A stretch of 64,000 nt of DNA. Source: Paragordius varius. Taxonomy: Eukaryota > Animalia > Nematomorpha. Shown piece by piece: positions 60,504 through 64,000 of the stretch. The DNA is taken from contig OZ176050.1 in assembly GCA_964247055.1 (NCBI GenBank), positions 9,796,001 through 9,860,000 on the forward strand. The letters are read 5' to 3'. Position 1 is the first letter of the stretch; every line of letters begins with the position of its first letter. The notes beneath the pieces were generated by a model that saw nothing but the letters and a program-made list of their open reading frames with translations, was not told the origin of the DNA and did no database searches. The translations under genes and the position numbers were made by a program.

Positions 60504-61694
60504 ATGATTTTTCTAACGAACATAATATTTTGTTTAACCCTGTGCCACATTATATCAATATCGACTTCGGAATATTTGAATACAAACTTCATTAATGATA
60601 GCTATATTGAAAATATTACAATCGAAAATTTAATAAATGTAACATTCGATAAGGTCAATCAAACTAATGCAACAATTATTTTGATGACAACTTTAAATAC
60701 ATCTTCTATACTTGCCACACCTCTCCTACAAACTACAACAATTGATGCACAGAATGTATCATTGCTCCAATCATTACATATTCATCCAAACGAAGGCGAC
60801 GATAATATAAGTCTGAGCACAACACAAGATTTGACCTCTAACCTACAAAATGAATTTGCTGATCCTACATTAGCTATATTAAATACAACTACTCCACTAA
60901 ACATTAAGAATGCGGAAGAAAAAGTTTTAGATTCCTTGGGTTATGAATTGTTTGATGACAATAACTCTTTTGCCAATTCTCACATAACAAAGGATGATGA
61001 TGGCGTGATCGGTCCTGAATTCTACAAAAATTTATATAATTTTTCTCTTAGTAGCACGAGCGATCAACCAAAATTTAAGCTAAACATTGATTATGATTTA
61101 GAGAATGCCATCGATAATGAACCATTGTATTATGATGAAAATAATATCCCCATGATATTTACGCATGAAAACTTGATCGTTTTAAAGAATGAATCAAACT
61201 TCACCATTTCGAATCACAATTTACAGGAAACGTTTGTTGATGCCGACTCATCGCCATACATAAAAATTTCGGAAACTAATTTAGTTGATACACCACCAGA
61301 GCTTTTTACACAAACAGCAAAAGATGACAACAGTCCAGGACGCCAGCAGAGACATTATGATGAACACAAAATTGAAAAATATACCCTAGAAAATCACAAC
61401 AATAATAATTTAAGTTTTTCGCATTCAAATGACCCTGGCTTTGAACAGAATAATTACGTTAACAGCAGCATTACCAGTGAATTTGGAGAAAATAAAGATG
61501 ACACTCTACCCAAAATTACACGACAAATAAATTTGGCCGATGGTGACACTGAAACGAAGGCGATTGAATGGATAATTGAACCATACCTTTCTGTCGCAGA
61601 TATTAACAAAGCTATTAAAACGGCTAAATATCAAATGGAAACAATGGATGAAGATTGGAACTTGGGAATATATGATTTACGTATGATAATATAA
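60504..61694 (+). CDS. Secreted, heavily N-glycosylated Thr/Asn/Asp-rich protein; probably first coding exon of a longer gene
   Basis: 396-codon ORF in very AT-rich DNA with a hydrophobic signal peptide (MIFLTNIIFCLTLCHIISIST) and many N-x-S/T sequons. An acceptor TACGCAG at 60494 precedes the ATG, and a phase-1 donor C|GTATGA lies at 61680/61681. Confidence 0.8.
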   Translation: MIFLTNIIFCLTLCHIISISTSEYLNTNFINDSYIENITIENLINVTFDKVNQTNATIILMTTLNTSSILATPLLQTTTIDAQNVSLLQSLHIHPNEGDDNISLSTTQDLTSNLQNEFADPTLAILNTTTPLNIKNAEEKVLDSLGYELFDDNNSFANSHITKDDDGVIGPEFYKNLYNFSLSSTSDQPKFKLNIDYDLENAIDNEPLYYDENNIPMIFTHENLIVLKNESNFTISNHNLQETFVDADSSPYIKISETNLVDTPPELFTQTAKDDNSPGRQQRHYDEHKIEKYTLENHNNNNLSFSHSNDPGFEQNNYVNSSITSEFGENKDDTLPKITRQINLADGDTETKAIEWIIEPYLSVADINKAIKTAKYQMETMDEDWNLGIYDLRMII

Positions 61695-61723
61695 TATAAT
61701 TCATAAGAGGTAATTTTATAAGG

Positions 61724-63363
61724 CAGGGTTTCTTAAACTTTTGTAGTTCCCGAGCCCATTTATGATTGTGAGTTTCTTAACGACCCCAACAAATATAAAA
61801 GAAAAATAATAGTTTCTTCGAAATAACACTTGGAAATTTTGTTGATAATATCTATTAGGATTTTTTCGGTTTTAAAAGATTGACAAAAATCAATCTACAT
61901 TTTTTATAAATTTCTTCAACTTCTGATTCATAGTAAATTAATATACTAGCTGGCCCTGCGCTGTGACGTAGTCTCACCGATAATTCTTAAAAATTTGCAA
62001 AACATAGAGTTAATGGAGATAAAAAATAATAAAACTCATATAATAAAAAAGAATGTTAACTATTCTCTTACGGGTTTATGCATAGGCTCAATATTGTTTA
62101 CTCGAAATTAACCATATTTAAACTGTACTTATTAAAGTTAATATTCAAATATCAGTGGATTTATTTTAAAATTTTCATTACGAATTCAAGGTTAAAAGTT
62201 CTATTTTCAAATTGTGTTCACACAGCTGGGATCAAGGGATATAAAAAGTAAATCATTTGTCGTCCCTTTTTATGGGTAAGAATGATTATACAACAAAAAT
62301 GTGTTTATCTAAACTCGTATGGCTTCTTTTTTGAAAATAATCTCCAAAACTACGCCATTTTGTATGGCGTCTCAGTTTTTAATCGGTAGACTCCTACCCA
62401 TAGACCTATATGGAAAAAGTGCTGAGTTAAATTCTTTGCCTTTATAGGGCAAGTATTTGGAAACATCTTTGATACCATCGTCCCATGGGTTATTCGAAAA
62501 AATACCTCAACAATGGCGTATTTTTAGGGCATAAAGGCCCCAAATTAACGGCTAATAAAAAAAAGGCCGACTTTAATTTATACCTAGTTACGGGAATATT
62601 TCAAGCATTTAATGAGCTCATATGGCTTCATATCTGTAAATTAGCTCCAAAACAACGCAATTTCCAGATAGTGGCGGAGTCTTAGCGGCTATCTGTTTAC
62701 CCAGCAGCTAATATTAAAAACACAAGACTAAAATTTTTGCCTTTAACAGGGAATACCTGGAATCCTCATTAAATTTTAACGTTATCATACCCTGGAAAAA
62801 TTATTTAGTTTTTTATGAAAAAATGGCATTTTACGGGGGGGAGCGGCTAATAAGAGATCCTAAATTAAAAAAGTGAGCCGACTATGTTCCGCGCAATCGA
62901 AATAAATATAAAAATCACATTTGAAATCGACCAGCACGTTTTCCGGGTATTGTCTCAAGACACAATTTTTGTAGACTTGTGTTTTCAAAAAAACTTGTTT
63001 TTTTACATGGGGAGGGCCCGAACTGGGGACCTAATTCAAAAAAAGGGCGAAGCTTTTGTCGGATTCATTAATGTTTATATTTTTTTGACATTTGGATTTG
63101 AATGGGTCTAGTGGTTTTCAGGAAACAGATCGCAAAGCCAGCATTTTCCATTTTTATAAATATATAGATTATTATGATCACAATAGAAATGCTGGTATAA
63201 ACAGTCTTTCCGAACCAAAAGATTTTATGATATATTTATCTACGATGATTACTATTTTTCCTTATAACAATAATTTTAAAAATTAAAAACATTTTTTGTT
63301 AAATTGTATTTTTATTACTCGCGACCCCAAATGGGGTCGCGACCCATAGTTTAAGAAGCCTTG
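61724..63363. mobile_element. hAT (Charlie-like) MITE ends; one composite or two fragments
   Basis: CAGGGTTTCTTAAAC at 61724 and GGGGTCGCGACCCATAGTTTAAGAAGCCTTG ending at 63363. The flanks show no TSD, so continuity is uncertain. Confidence 0.45.
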
Positions 63364-64000
63364 TGGAAATCAAGTGAAAAGACAATAAATAGACAATTAT
63401 GGTTTAATTAATTTTGTATTGCAAAATTTGTTTTGCAAAAAGTTCTACTTTGCTTAGCTATTGTGGCGTATTTCAATCAAATATTTAAAACTTATACCAA
63501 CAGTTTCAACACAATCTAATAAGCATTAATGAAATAATTGTTTTGGTGTTACAATGAAAATTGATATTACACGTGCAAAACGCAAAAATTAAGACAAATA
63601 TTTTTTCTATAAGGCAACCATATGCTTTAACCTTAATTTTTTTAATATACACCCAATCTTGCGCAAAATCAGAAATAAAGATGTAAATTGGTAACAGACT
63701 AATAATTATATAGAGTTAATTTAAAAAATATCTTGGTTAAAATAAGCGTGGTTGTGTGTTTTTTTAAATTGTTTTTCATTTTTACGATAATTAATATTTA
63801 TTAAATGAAAAAGCGTATGTGCCTAAAGTAATTTAAAAATAAGTATAATAATACAAAATTAAATTGAATGGACTGCCCAGCTTATTAAATCCGCATGTAA
63901 TCTCTGAATTCATATACATAAATATAATTGGGTCCATATCATTAGGGTCTACCTGTGCAAAAAACTAACCTCTTTATTATTTGACTTTGATATAAATTAT

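Noticed and set aside
63092-63286. Short ORF as next exon of the 60504 gene
   Set aside because: Nearby acceptors are not phase-compatible with the 61680 donor, and the ORF lies between hAT-like ends.

Overview
Very AT-rich eukaryotic (animal-type) genomic DNA with spliced GT-AG genes separated by dense transposon debris. The standard genetic code works throughout, and I see no prokaryotic features, rRNA, tRNA or CRISPR arrays. Genes reconstructed by hand from splice sites and motifs: purine nucleoside phosphorylase (-, 5 exons), a Neto-like CUB-CUB-LDLa-TM protein (-), RMND5/GID2 E3 ligase (-, 8 exons), an orphan Cys-rich type I membrane protein (+, 4 exons), Cu/Zn SOD (-, 4 exons), an EGF-EGF-discoidin (F5/8C) protein (+, at least 9 exons, 5' end unresolved), and a secreted N-glycosylation-rich ORF (+, probably a first exon). 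Mobile elements: an intact Ty3/Gypsy element (Mag-like) with identical LTRs nested in a hAT MITE, two decayed Mos1-like mariners, a TTAA-specific piggyBac-like MITE family (5 copies, one nested in another), a head-to-head pair of decayed LINEs, two Gypsy remnants and several small MITEs. The most striking observation is four consecutive obligatory ultra-short introns (26, 23, 24 and 23 nt) in RMND5, while every other intron I modelled is at least 69 nt. Second is a PNP with Thr at the base-recognition Asn243 position. All coordinates were counted by eye, family assignments come from remembered motifs rather than database searches, and the host species cannot be determined from this window.
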